Assembly: GCA_963718575.1 (NCBI GenBank)
Contig: OY970358.1
Span: 98,723-162,722, forward strand
Origin: an uncultured bacterium
GTDB taxonomy: Bacteria; Patescibacteriota; Minisyncoccia; UBA6257; 2-01-FULL-56-20
DNA: 64,000 nt
Direction: 5' to 3'
The position numbers and the translations under genes were made by a program. How positions within the stretch are numbered: position 1 is the stretch's first letter; each line of letters opens with the position of its first letter. This document shows positions 50,994 through 63,304 of the stretch, piece by piece. The notes under the pieces were generated by a model. That model saw only the letters and a list, made by a program, of their open reading frames with translations, had not been told where the DNA came from and ran no database searches.

Positions 50994-51681
50994 TCACCTG
51001 CCGTGTTTAGGTGCTTCTGCGAGCAACTTCCGAAGCTGGATAAGCGCCCGGCGATGCTTGCTCTTGATGGTATCGATCGGCTCCTGGAGCGCATCCGCAA
51101 TCTCCCGAAACTTCAGATGTTCGGTATAGCGCAAGCAAAAGAACGCTCCGATAGGAGGGACTAAGCTCCGGCCAGTACGCCTTCGAGATCGGCCTTGGTC
51201 TGTTTTCGTTGGAGCAGTTCATCCGGCAGGTCGGGGCTCTCAACATACGGCGCAAGGAACGTATCGAGGTCGGTCATCCCCTTCCTCAATTTTTGAGAAT
51301 AAGACCGCCTTCTTTCTTTTTGATGGCGTCGAGCGCGGTGTTCTTCGCGATCGTGAGCAGCCATGTTTTGAAATTTTTTCCGTGATCGAACTTTTTGATG
51401 TTCTTCCATACTTTTATGAAAACATCCTGCACGATATCATTCGCGGCGTCGGCGTTGCCCACATAGCGATAGGTAAATTTATAGACCATCGGCATGTGCC
51501 GGTCCACAAGCGCCGCGAATGAATCGCCGTCGCCTTTCAAGAACGCCGCGCACAAGGACGGCGTCGTCGTCGGCCGCATGCGTCGTGCGCACTTCGAACA
51601 ACGCTCTTTTCGGGATTTGCTCCGGAGACGATGCAGATGACGCGTCAAGATAATGGTATGTATCATAGGGTTACTTTTCAT
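50994..51681 (-). CDS. ECF-type sigma-70 factor (two apparent frameshifts between regions 2 and 4)
   Basis: Region 2 (DIVQDVFIKVWKNIKKFD) is in one frame and region 4 (EHLKFREIADALQEPIDTIKSKHRRALIQLRKLL) in another. Confidence 0.65.
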
Positions 51682-51690
51682 TCTATCTCA

Positions 51691-52144
51691 TTATCGTCCG
51701 CGACCATAGAGGCCGACCAGCTCCGCGGTTGCGATCGTATGTTTTTCTATTTCTTTCCGGAGCGCCGCCGCGGGCGCTCCTTCGGGGAGATCGAGGACCG
51801 CGTCAAGCGCGTAAAGCTGGAAATGGTAATGATGCGGCGCATCGTTGGGCGGCGGGCACGGGCCGAAGTATATCGTCTTCTGCGCGCCATTCTCTCCTTC
51901 AACGCTTCCCGGCGGAATACTCTCTTCTTTTATGATCATCGTTCGCGGGTCGATGTTCCACACCGTCCAGTGCGTGAATCCGCCCGGCGACGGCGCATCC
52001 GGGTCGTGCAACATAAGCGCCAGGCTTTGCGCCTCCGCCGGAACATTCTGTATCAAAAGCTCGGGGTTCATATCCCCGCCATCGCACGTGAACTTTCTCG
52101 GGAATCATGCCCCCGTCGTCAAATGAAGAACTTGTGATGATCAT
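51691..52144 (-). CDS. YbhB/YbcL (PEBP/RKIP) family protein (apparent frameshift near 52080)
   Basis: DPDAPSPGGFTHW and GPCPPPNDAPHHYHFQLYALD motifs. The N-terminal 17 aa are in another frame. Confidence 0.65.
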
Positions 52145-52185
52145 GCCGTATCGGTGGTTAATACCCTATTATAGGTGAAAAAGTT

Positions 52186-52701
52186 TCATTTGTCGGCCAG
52201 AAACTCGCCATATTCCTTCTTTAGGAATGCCGCATCGCGAGGCTTTGTGACACCCGGATAGCGCCAGGCGCTGATCACCTTCCTCGCGCCGACGACGTCC
52301 TGCACCATCACCCAGATCTCCTGCGTCCAGGATTCTTTCCTGCCGTCCATCTTCATTGAGACCGGCTGCATCATCGCCACCGTCTTCGGCGCAACGCCCT
52401 CCTCCACTCGCTTCGGCGAATGAAGCACGTGCCGTACGCGCGACGAAGTCAGACGATAATGGTTCATCTTTGCCCGCGCGTGGAGCGTCCATTGCAGCTG
52501 GGCGGGGTTTTTGAGAAATGACATCCATCCCATTATACCGCGTCGGGCATTAAAATGAGGTAAAAAAAATCCGGACGCCAACGAAGACGTCCGGTCTTGA
52601 AGAATAGAGTCATCCACAACACTTCCTTGAAATTCCCGGTGGTTTGAGAAATCGTTTGTATACCCGGTATACGCCATAGATCGCCGCCGCACCGCCCGCA
52701 A
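52186..52701 (-). CDS. hypothetical protein
   Basis: A 171-aa ORF, with a possible internal start at MGWMSF. I recognise no domains. Confidence 0.3.
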   Translation of the reverse strand: MRAVRRRSMAYTGYTNDFSNHREFQGSVVDDSILQDRTSSLASGFFLPHFNARRGIMGWMSFLKNPAQLQWTLHARAKMNHYRLTSSRVRHVLHSPKRVEEGVAPKTVAMMQPVSMKMDGRKESWTQEIWVMVQDVVGARKVISAWRYPGVTKPRDAAFLKKEYGEFLADK

Positions 52702-52958
52702 TAAGCAAAAGGGCGAATAATGAGGAGCGGAGGGTAACTTGATGATCGGGGACCAGGCATGAACTTAATATCCCCCAAAGAAATATCATCGGGACGATCC
52801 GGAATAAAAATCGCAATGAATCCAAAACGGTGGTCGGTTGTTGCTTTTCGTAATGCTTCAAAATTCCTCCAGAGCGAGTGAGATGATTACTGCGGTTGGT
52901 ACCACCCACTAGTACGCCATCGGGGGTGATTATGTTTCATCCTCCCCAAAGCCAAAAG

Positions 52959-53948
52959 CTATGCGCTGTTCCGAGCGATGAGTTTCTTGAATTCCTCCAC
53001 CATCGGCACCTGCTCCGGCTCCACACCGTACATCTTCGCGCTATAATAGGCGGTCCAATCGGCAAGGTTGAGCGCGTTAAATATTTTATTGAGCTCGGTC
53101 TTGCCCTGAAGCAAGATGATTTCGGTTTTGAATCCGCGATCGCGATACAGCTTTTCGAGCACATTCATGCGCTTGATGATGCGCCGATCGTCGCCCGCGT
53201 CCTTCAAAAAGATAAAGTGAAAATTGCGCGAGAGCGGCAGTGTCTTTGTCTTTACATCAAACCCCGTCATCTCGTTGTGGTTCAGCTCCGGAACGATATT
53301 ATAGAATGCCGGGATCTTGCTCGTCTCGTTGAACTTGATCTTCCAGTTGCATGCGAGCGCCGCGTTGCGCGTGGATGCATAGATGATCGGCATATTGCCA
53401 AAAATACGCCGCGCGAGATCCTTCCCGCGGAGCTCTTCGCGCGACGGATGCAATTGCGTCGCGAGCAGCTTCGATTCCGCGAGCAGGTTCTTTTCGCCCA
53501 TCAGCGCGAGCATCGCTTTCATGCTCACGCCCGTTGCCATGCGCGGCTGAAGATGCATATCGGGAAGCCGCACATACGGGATCTTTGCTTTGTCCGCCAT
53601 TGAAAGCAACTTTCCCTTCGAGGCGATGGCAGCCATTGAAAGCTTCTTCGTCTTCGCCACGGCGAACGCATCGAGCGTCTCTTCCGTACTGCCGGAATAC
53701 GAACTCAAAATGATCAGGCGATCCTTGAGATCTTTCTCCGCGAGCGGCGGCATGCCGTAGTTGGACCACACGATGATATCGATCTCCGGATGCCACGCTT
53801 TAATGATATCGGCCGCCAAATGCGATCCGCCCATGCCCACAACCACAAATTTGCCAAACTTCTTGAGTTTGGCGGCGTTCTCGATGGCTGGCTCAAAATC
53901 GAACTGTTTACCGTAGTTTTTTATATCCTCGGGAATCATAACCTCCAT
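52959..53948 (-). CDS. Bifunctional phosphoglucose/phosphomannose isomerase (SIS domain)
   Basis: FVVVGMGGSHLAADII and overall archaeal-type PGI/PMI architecture, over 329 aa. Confidence 0.75.
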   Translation of the reverse strand: MEVMIPEDIKNYGKQFDFEPAIENAAKLKKFGKFVVVGMGGSHLAADIIKAWHPEIDIIVWSNYGMPPLAEKDLKDRLIILSSYSGSTEETLDAFAVAKTKKLSMAAIASKGKLLSMADKAKIPYVRLPDMHLQPRMATGVSMKAMLALMGEKNLLAESKLLATQLHPSREELRGKDLARRIFGNMPIIYASTRNAALACNWKIKFNETSKIPAFYNIVPELNHNEMTGFDVKTKTLPLSRNFHFIFLKDAGDDRRIIKRMNVLEKLYRDRGFKTEIILLQGKTELNKIFNALNLADWTAYYSAKMYGVEPEQVPMVEEFKKLIARNSA

Positions 53949-54024
53949 TATACGCTATTTGGGGGATTTTGGGTGCTTTGGTCATTAACTAGTCAAAATA
54001 AGAAATTTGTATCTTAATATTTTT

Positions 54025-54450
54025 TTAGTTCTTCGAAATCGGAACTATAACTCCTTCTAATATTTTTTGAATATTCTTAATATCGCTTTCATAATTCTGA
54101 CTTCCGTTTATATCAGCCGTCTGCTTGGCAAGTTTTTTTATTTCTTCAGGAGAGCAAGTAATCATATATCCATTCACAATGCAAAAAAGATATAAAACAA
54201 TAATGGAACTCCGTTTATTCCCATCTATAAAGTGATGATTTTTACAAACCTTATATAGGACATGAGCTGCTTTATGATGAATCTCATCATTATAATGATC
54301 GAATTTTAATAATTCTAAGGTATTAGATACCGTATTAACCCACTCCCCGTCTATAAGTGGCAAATATTCATGCAAAAAAATAGTGGGGTCCTCAAGGTAT
54401 TCTCCCCACCATTTTAATGTTTCCTTATCTGGATAAATCCATTTACTCAC
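54025..54450 (-). CDS. doc: Doc/Fic-family toxin (death-on-curing)
   Basis: Fic motif HHFIDGNKRSS. It overlaps the upstream antitoxin gene by 8 bp. The region is AT-rich. Confidence 0.75.
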   Translation of the reverse strand: MSKWIYPDKETLKWWGEYLEDPTIFLHEYLPLIDGEWVNTVSNTLELLKFDHYNDEIHHKAAHVLYKVCKNHHFIDGNKRSSIIVLYLFCIVNGYMITCSPEEIKKLAKQTADINGSQNYESDIKNIQKILEGVIVPISKN

Positions 54451-54649
54451 GAGAAAGATCTTTAATCACTCCAGAAAATTTTCTGGAAAAATCTTTAGCG
54501 CTAATCTCCAAAAGCCTTCGCCTTCCTTCGTGATCCAAATCGGTGAAGCGTTTCGAAGAAAGGGCAAAAAGCTCTTTTTTCTCTGCCTTATCCAGTGCTA
54601 TACCCCCTGGACGTCTATTAATTCCTATAAATTTGAGGAGTTTCTTCAT
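54443..54649 (-). CDS. Phd-type antitoxin partner of Doc
   Basis: A 68-aa protein overlapping the doc start, as expected for a toxin-antitoxin operon. Confidence 0.5.
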   Translation of the reverse strand: MKKLLKFIGINRRPGGIALDKAEKKELFALSSKRFTDLDHEGRRRLLEISAKDFSRKFSGVIKDLSRE

Positions 54650-54748
54650 GTCTCTTTATATGTATTACTATAACATAAAGTTTCAGATTTATCCATGGAT
54701 GCAATATCTCTATCATATCAATCTCCGCCATCTTTGATTTCTCATTTT

Positions 54749-55690
54749 TTATTTCTTCCCCTGATCAATCGCGTGCCCACCGAACCGGTTCCGTAATGCA
54801 GACAACACCTTCCCGATATAGCTCGGCGATTTTTTTGAGCGGACGCGGAATTTGAATGAGTCCTCGATGACGGGCACGGGCACTTTGAACTTTTTGCCGG
54901 TTTTGACCGTCCACTCGCCTTCTCCGGTGTACGCAACGGAACCGGAAACAGATTTAAGATCCTGGCCATAGATCTTGTACGCATCCTCCAACCATCCCAC
55001 GAGGCGCGACTCGATCACGCTGCCGCGATTGTAGACGTTCGCCACCTGTTCGAGATCCAGCTTGAACGGCGATTTCTTCATGATGGCAAAACCTTCGCCG
55101 AGCGACTGCATCATGCCGTACTCGATGCCGTTGTGCACCATTTTTACGAAGTGGCCCGCGCCTGCGGAACCGAAGTACGAATAACCGCCCGGCACGGAGA
55201 GATCGCGGAAGAGCGGCTCTAGGCGTTGGAACATTGCGCGATCACCGCCGATCATAAGCGATCCTCCGTTGCGCGCGCCCGACGGTCCGCCGGAAAATCC
55301 GACGTCCATAAAGTGAATGCCGCGCTTTTTGAGCAGCTTCGCGCGGCGGACAGAATCCTCATAGAACGCATTCGCCGCATCGATCACGATGTCGCCCTTT
55401 TTTAAATGTTGCACGATGCCATCTTTGCCAAACAATAAATCGTCATTCCCCTTTCCGGCGGTGATCATAAGCCAGATGATGCGCGGCGTCTTCAGCTCTG
55501 TCACGAGCTCTGCGTGCGTGAATACGCCCTGGATTCCCTCTTTTTGGATCATCGTCGACCGGCTCGGGAGAACGGTTCGACGCGACGACGCGCCAGCCCT
55601 TCTCGTGCAACTGTCGCGCGACGTTCGCGCCCATCTTTCCCAGGCCAAAGATGCCGATCTCGCGGCGGAGCGCGAGGTGCGCGCTGCCGG
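54749..55690 (-). CDS. gnd: 6-phosphogluconate dehydrogenase (decarboxylating, short NAD-type form); the N-terminal Rossmann segment is read in the zwf frame
   Basis: GAGHFVKMVHNGIEYGMMQ core. The IGIFGLGKMGANVARQL N-terminus lies in the zwf frame, upstream of an A5/A4 homopolymer shift. Confidence 0.7.
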   Translation of the reverse strand, partial: PAARTSRSAARSASLAWERWARTSRDSCTRRAGASSRRTVLPSRSTMIQKEGIQGVFTHAELVTELKTPRIIWLMITAGKGNDDLLFGKDGIVQHLKKGDIVIDAANAFYEDSVRRAKLLKKRGIHFMDVGFSGGPSGARNGGSLMIGGDRAMFQRLEPLFRDLSVPGGYSYFGSAGAGHFVKMVHNGIEYGMMQSLGEGFAIMKKSPFKLDLEQVANVYNRGSVIESRLVGWLEDAYKIYGQDLKSVSGSVAYTGEGEWTVKTGKKFKVPVPVIEDSFKFRVRSKKSPSYIGKVLSALRNRFGGHAIDQGKK

Positions 55691-55699
55691 CTTTGCCCG

Positions 55700-57218
55700 C
55701 GCCGCCCGCCGCCGCATCTGCGTTCTCCGGCGGATCGATCAGCACACTCGCCTCCGCGACAACCGCCTCCGAATCCGGCGCGTAGTACCGCAACGGCACG
55801 AGGCCTTTTGCCCACCCTTTTACGATCGGATCCACAAAGTGCCACATCGCGGCGATCTCACGGCTCGAGACGAACAGCGTCTGATCACCGTTGATGCAAT
55901 CGAGCAACAGCCGTTCGTACTCTTCCGTGTACTGCGACTTATGGCCGCCTTCGCGCAGGTTGAGGTTGAACACGCGCTCTTCCATCTTCATCGTAAGCCC
56001 CGGCTTCTTTACCCAAAAGTGAATCGTGATACTCTCGTGCGGATCCTGACGGAACGTGATGGTGTTTTTGAAGTGCATCGGCACGTTTGTGCCTGGTTCC
56101 CCGGCACCGTACAACGCGCATAAACATGGCTGGTCGTGTTTGAAGACCACTTCCACCTCCGTTACCTCTTCGTCGCGCTTTGGATCGATGATGCGCTTGC
56201 CCGCCTCTATGAAAATCGGCACGCCGTTCCAGCGCGGATGTTTCAGCTCAAGCGCCACCTTGAAGTACGTCTCCACGGTGGACTTTGAATCGACGCCTTT
56301 GATGCCGCGATAGCCGTCGTACTGCGCGCGGAACGTTTTCTTGGACATCTCGGACGGCGTGATCGGCTTGATCGTCTCGAGGAGTGCGGCGCGGGCATCG
56401 CGGATCGACTTCGCGGACATATCGCGTGGCTGATCCATCGCGACGAGCGCGATCATCTCGAGCAGGTGATTCTGCCCGACGTCGCGCAGTGCGCCCACGC
56501 TTTCATAGAACGGTCCGCGATCCTCCGCCCCCACGTTCTCGAGCTCACGCACGTAGATCTTTTCGATCAGCTCGCGCCCCCAGTTATCCTCGAAAAGATT
56601 ATTGAAGAAGCGGAAGGTTAAAATGTTTTGCAATGTTTCTTTCGCCAAATAATGATCAATGCGATAGACCTGCTCTTCTTTGAATAGCCGCGCGATGCGC
56701 TCGTCGAGCGCCTTCGCGCTCTTCTCGTCACTGCCGAACGGTTTCTCCACCACGACGCGCGTCCAGCCGCCGGCGCCCGCATCGCAAAGCTCCGTCAGCC
56801 GCGCCTTGTGGATATTCGTAAAGATCTCATCATAGAATTGCGGAGGAACGGAAAGATAGAACAGTTTGTTCGAACACGCGCCGTGTTCGTCATCGATCTT
56901 TGTGAGCGCATCGCCGAGCGCCACATAATCCGCATATGCGGCGAATGTGAGCTTATGATACACCACTGTTTTCAAGAACGACCTAATCGACGCGGGCGAG
57001 GCATCTTTTACCTTCACTTCCAAGATCGCCTGAATATGCCGCTTAAGGTCTTCATCCGTCCAATCGCGCCGCGAGATACCGACCATGCGGAAGTGCGGAG
57101 GTAATAGTCCTTTCTCATGAAGGTTGAACAGCGCCGGCGCGATCTTCTTTGTCATCAGGTCGCCCGTGACGCCGAGCACGACAAACGTGGTCGGTAGAGA
57201 TGATTTTTGATTGGTCAT
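55700..57218 (-). CDS. zwf: Glucose-6-phosphate 1-dehydrogenase
   Basis: FVVLGVTGDLMTKK NADP motif and the RIDHYLAKE active-site motif. The 3' boundary is uncertain because there is no stop before the gnd N-terminus. Confidence 0.8.
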
Positions 57219-57253
57219 AATTTATATATATTAACTCTAAATGGGCGGGAATG

Positions 57254-57320
57254 GGAATGCGGGATACTCCTTTCGGGAACCATTCATCTGCTGGTTTCCG
57301 AAAGGAGTATCCCGCATTCC
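57254..57320. repeat. 28-bp inverted repeat (1 mismatch) with 11-nt spacer: ggaatgcgggatactcctttcgggaacc / ggtttccgaaaggagtatcccgcattcc
   Basis: It lies immediately after the response-regulator stop and 36 bp upstream of the zwf start. No U-tract follows on the minus strand. Confidence 0.6.
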
Positions 57321-57989
57321 CTACCCTTCTATTTTATAGCCATAGCCGTGCACGGTTTTGATAAGTTTCTGCTCGTGGCCTTCGTCTATCTTTGCCCGGA
57401 GGAAGCGCACATGGACGTCCACCGTGTTCGTGAACGGATCGGCGTTCATATCCCACACGTGTTCCAAAATCATCCCGCGCGTAAGAGTAGTACCCGCGTT
57501 GCGCATGAAATATTCCAACAGCGTGAATTCTTTGCGATTCAGTTTTATATCAACGCCCGCGCGCGTGACGGTGTGCGCGAGCGTGTCGAGCTCGAGATCC
57601 GCGATCGCAAGCTTCGGCCCGGTCAGCTTTTTCTCGCGGCGCAAGAGCGCGCGGACGCGGGCGAGCAGCTCCGCCACGAAGAACGGCTTCGTCAGATAAT
57701 CATCCGCGCCAAGATTGAGAGCCTCTATCTTTGTATGTGCGTCGTTCACAATGGATAACATGATGATCGGAAACGTCCTGCCCTTCGCGCGGATCGCTTC
57801 GCAGATATCCATGCCGCTCTCGCCGTTCCCGAGGTTGATGTCGAGGATTGCGAGATCATACGGATTGACCTTTGCCCACATAAGCCCCTTCGTGCCCGTC
57901 TCCGCCCAATCGACCGTGAAGTGTTCGACCTTAAGCCCGTTTATGATGAACTGCGCTATCTCCCGCTCGTCCTCGACTAATAGTATTTT
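57321..57989 (-). CDS. OmpR/PhoB-family response regulator (no cognate kinase adjacent)
   Basis: MKILLVEDE receiver domain with the Asp in AILDINLG, and a winged-helix output domain (LTRGMILEHVWD...TVDVHVRFLRAKI). Confidence 0.85.
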   Translation of the reverse strand, partial: KILLVEDEREIAQFIINGLKVEHFTVDWAETGTKGLMWAKVNPYDLAILDINLGNGESGMDICEAIRAKGRTFPIIMLSIVNDAHTKIEALNLGADDYLTKPFFVAELLARVRALLRREKKLTGPKLAIADLELDTLAHTVTRAGVDIKLNRKEFTLLEYFMRNAGTTLTRGMILEHVWDMNADPFTNTVDVHVRFLRAKIDEGHEQKLIKTVHGYGYKIEG

Positions 57990-58104
57990 CATACCTCCAC
58001 CATACACCGCCGACATTAAAAATATATTAAAGAAATTATCAAGGATAGATAAAGAAAAAGCGCTCCAATTGAGCGCTTTTTCTTTATCTATAATTACTAT
58101 TTTC

Positions 58105-58623
58105 CTACTGCCCGCTCGATGTCGACACCGAAAGCAGCGTCACGGTGAAGTGAAGCGTCGCGTTCGGAGGGATCACGGAGCCTGCGCCTTGTGCGCCATA
58201 ACCGAGCGTCGGAGGAATCGTAAGCTCGCGCGTACCGCCAATCTTCATGCCGAGAACGCCTTCGTCCCATCCTTTAATGACCTGTCCCGCACCGAGAACA
58301 AAGCTGAACGGCGTGCGTCCCGGTTTCAACGAGCTGTCGAAGACCGTGCCGTCATCCAGCGTGCCGGTGTAGTTCACCGTCACCGTTTGACCAACCTGCG
58401 CGACCGCGCCCGTTCCGATCACATCGTCTTTTATCACCAATCCATCCATGGTTGTTATTGATTGCCCTGCCACAGTCGGCTGCGGCGCAGGAGCGTTAGT
58501 TGTTGTTGAGTTTGTCGTCGCCGTTGCCTGCGGCTGTGTGAGCGTATTCGCGTACCACGCCCCCACTCCGATGATCGCCGCCGCGATTACTACGTAGACT
58601 GCAAGTAAAATGCCTTTTTTCAT
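58105..58623 (-). CDS. FKBP-type peptidyl-prolyl cis-trans isomerase, secreted/membrane-anchored
   Basis: VNYTGTLDDGTVFDSS...FVLGAGQVIKGWDEGVLGMKIGGTRELTIPP, plus an N-terminal signal. Confidence 0.8.
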   Translation of the reverse strand: MKKGILLAVYVVIAAAIIGVGAWYANTLTQPQATATTNSTTTNAPAPQPTVAGQSITTMDGLVIKDDVIGTGAVAQVGQTVTVNYTGTLDDGTVFDSSLKPGRTPFSFVLGAGQVIKGWDEGVLGMKIGGTRELTIPPTLGYGAQGAGSVIPPNATLHFTVTLLSVSTSSGQ

Positions 58624-58669
58624 GATTATTTAAGATATTTTTGCGCTATCAATCTTGCACCGCGCTGCA

Positions 58670-58993
58670 CTACGAGATCTTCGCGCCCGGAGGGACTTCG
58701 CCCTCGGGGAGAAACAGCACGGGCGAGCCGTCCTCGCCGTGCGCGGCGAGCAGCATCCCGTTCGATTCCATGCCCATCATCATTCGCGGGTCAAGGTTGG
58801 CGATGATCACCACGCTCTTGCCCACGATATCCTCCGGCGCATACGCCTTTGCGATGCCCGAAAGGATCTGGCGCGGCGCGGGCTCGGCGATGTCGACCTG
58901 AAGCTTCAGCAGCTTCTCCGAACCCTCCACGCGCTCCGCGGAAACTATTTTACCGACCCGCAGGTCGGACTTTTGAAACTCGTCTATGGTCAT
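58670..58993 (-). CDS. CsaA-like tRNA-binding domain protein
   Basis: DLRVGKIVSAERVEGSEKLLKLQVD...NGMLL matches the EMAP/MetRS C-terminal tRNA-binding fold. The start is taken at MTIDEF. Confidence 0.65.
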   Translation of the reverse strand: MTIDEFQKSDLRVGKIVSAERVEGSEKLLKLQVDIAEPAPRQILSGIAKAYAPEDIVGKSVVIIANLDPRMMMGMESNGMLLAAHGEDGSPVLFLPEGEVPPGAKIS

Positions 58994-59080
58994 CAGAGGT
59001 GATTGTAACAAGAAAAAAATATTTTGAAAAGAAAAGGGGTGGATGCGACGCATCGCATCCACCCCGAAATACTGCATGAT

Positions 59081-60205
59081 TCACTGGAGCATTTCCGACC
59101 CTAACGGTTGCTCTTCAACGGATATTACATCCGTCGAAATTGCTTCGGCTGTTTGCGGCATAAGAATCGGAGAAGGCCGCACTCCCGCCAACCTGACGAA
59201 CACCCGCCCCTTCTGAGGGAAAGAAACGCGCCGCGGCGGATTTTTGTGAAGGACCGCTTGAATGATATTTGCGAGCCGCTCCAACGAAAGCAATGTTGGG
59301 GCGACAGCGTGCGATTCCAAACCATTCATGATTGCCCGCGCGTTCTCGTGAAAGAACCACGCTGGACATTCGTCAATGGTACCTTCGGCGCATCCCTGAC
59401 TCGCCGTCAGAGGAAATGGGGCTTGTGATGGCTTGAGACGATATTGCTCGCACATCTCTGCGATACGTATCGCCCGCACCACCGGAGCCAGTTCAATGTT
59501 GAGGCGTCGATCGGTCTGAATGATGACATTGCCACCACTCTTCATCCACAACACGATGCCGGCCTTCTTGTAGCGAGCGAACTTTCCAAACTCGCTTGAA
59601 TCGGAATGGCCGTACACAAAATTAATCCGCCTTCCAGAATCATCCTTGATTGTTACTTTTCCCGCATTCTGATAATCCTGGATGGTCCCCTCTGAGAAGT
59701 TGGCGCCACGTTGATACATCGCGCCGTAGATCGAGAACGCCCACGCAAGAACGACCTGATCTCTATCGATGCCGCCCGTATCCGATGCCCACAACGCCTT
59801 AATGAGCGCTGGCAGTTCAAATGAACCTCCGCCCTGCTCGATATCCCTGCTGAGGGTGAATTTGAGCAGCGGCTTCAGAATGCTGTCATCATCGAGCGAA
59901 AGCGCCTCGGCAACGAGCGTTGCTGCACAGTGACCCGGCTTTCTTCCGCCAGTTGGCAAATGCTCATCGAAAGGACCGAAGCCCATACCGATCACGATCG
60001 TTCTGTCTTTCACGAGAAGGTCTTCCCATGTTCTTCCGACCGGAATGCAATCCCAAAATACGATTTTTGCCGTGTTGGCTCCGGGGAAATATGAAACTCC
60101 GCCGAAGGTTTGTAGAATGTAAGCAGCTAGCAACTCGTCATTATGAGCATGCCGATGGAGGGCAATTGCTTCAATACGCAGGTTCAACATTTCCCCGAGA
60201 TCCAT
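59081..60205 (-). CDS. MYG1/UPF0160-like metal-dependent hydrolase (tentative)
   Basis: HRHAHNDELLAAYIL and IGMGFGPFDEH resemble the MYG1 His/Asp motifs. I hold this weakly. Confidence 0.3.
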   Translation of the reverse strand: MDLGEMLNLRIEAIALHRHAHNDELLAAYILQTFGGVSYFPGANTAKIVFWDCIPVGRTWEDLLVKDRTIVIGMGFGPFDEHLPTGGRKPGHCAATLVAEALSLDDDSILKPLLKFTLSRDIEQGGGSFELPALIKALWASDTGGIDRDQVVLAWAFSIYGAMYQRGANFSEGTIQDYQNAGKVTIKDDSGRRINFVYGHSDSSEFGKFARYKKAGIVLWMKSGGNVIIQTDRRLNIELAPVVRAIRIAEMCEQYRLKPSQAPFPLTASQGCAEGTIDECPAWFFHENARAIMNGLESHAVAPTLLSLERLANIIQAVLHKNPPRRVSFPQKGRVFVRLAGVRPSPILMPQTAEAISTDVISVEEQPLGSEMLQ

Positions 60206-60317
60206 AATGCTCCTTCTGGACGTAAATGTCCTTGATTCAGTTGAGTTCCGACCATAAAAAAATCGACCGGATACTGCGGATAATTATACATATATTCCAA
60301 TAAAAGTCAATAGCATC

Positions 60318-63012
<2,695 letters not shown>

Positions 63013-63062
63013 TTTTTGCGAGCATTATTTCTCACTCGCAGAATCGCATGATAAAAAATAAA

Positions 63063-63086
63063 ACACCCCGGCGATCGCCGGGGTGT
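63063..63086 (-). terminator. Intrinsic terminator: 24-bp perfect palindrome acaccccggcgatcgccggggtgt followed on the minus strand by UUUAUUUUUU
   Basis: Lies downstream of hpf and the micro-ORF on the minus strand. Confidence 0.7.
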
Positions 63087-63096
63087 TTTAGAGACT

Positions 63097-63150
63097 ATGC
63101 TCTCTTCTTCTTCGCTACTTTCTTCTTCGCTTTCTTTTTTGCTGCCATGG
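63097..63150 (-). CDS. micro-ORF (17 aa) MAAKKKAKKKVAKKKRA
   Basis: Sits between hpf and its terminator, with an AAGAAA 8 nt upstream of the ATG. It may be fortuitous. Confidence 0.15.
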
Positions 63151-63304
63151 TAATAATTATTTCTTAATTTATCGGGTTGCGACCACTCCGATCTATTAAC
63201 TCCAGTATAGCAAACTGATTTTTCGTTTTTTGAAAAATCTGTGGATAACTTTTTATTTAGGCCTTCAAGAAAAAAATGCCGCACGATGTCGTACGGCATA
63301 AAAA

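Noticed and set aside
57254-57320. Classic rho-independent terminator for the response regulator gene
   Set aside because: The stem is very long, but no U-tract follows on the transcribed strand. It is treated instead as an operator or REP-like repeat.
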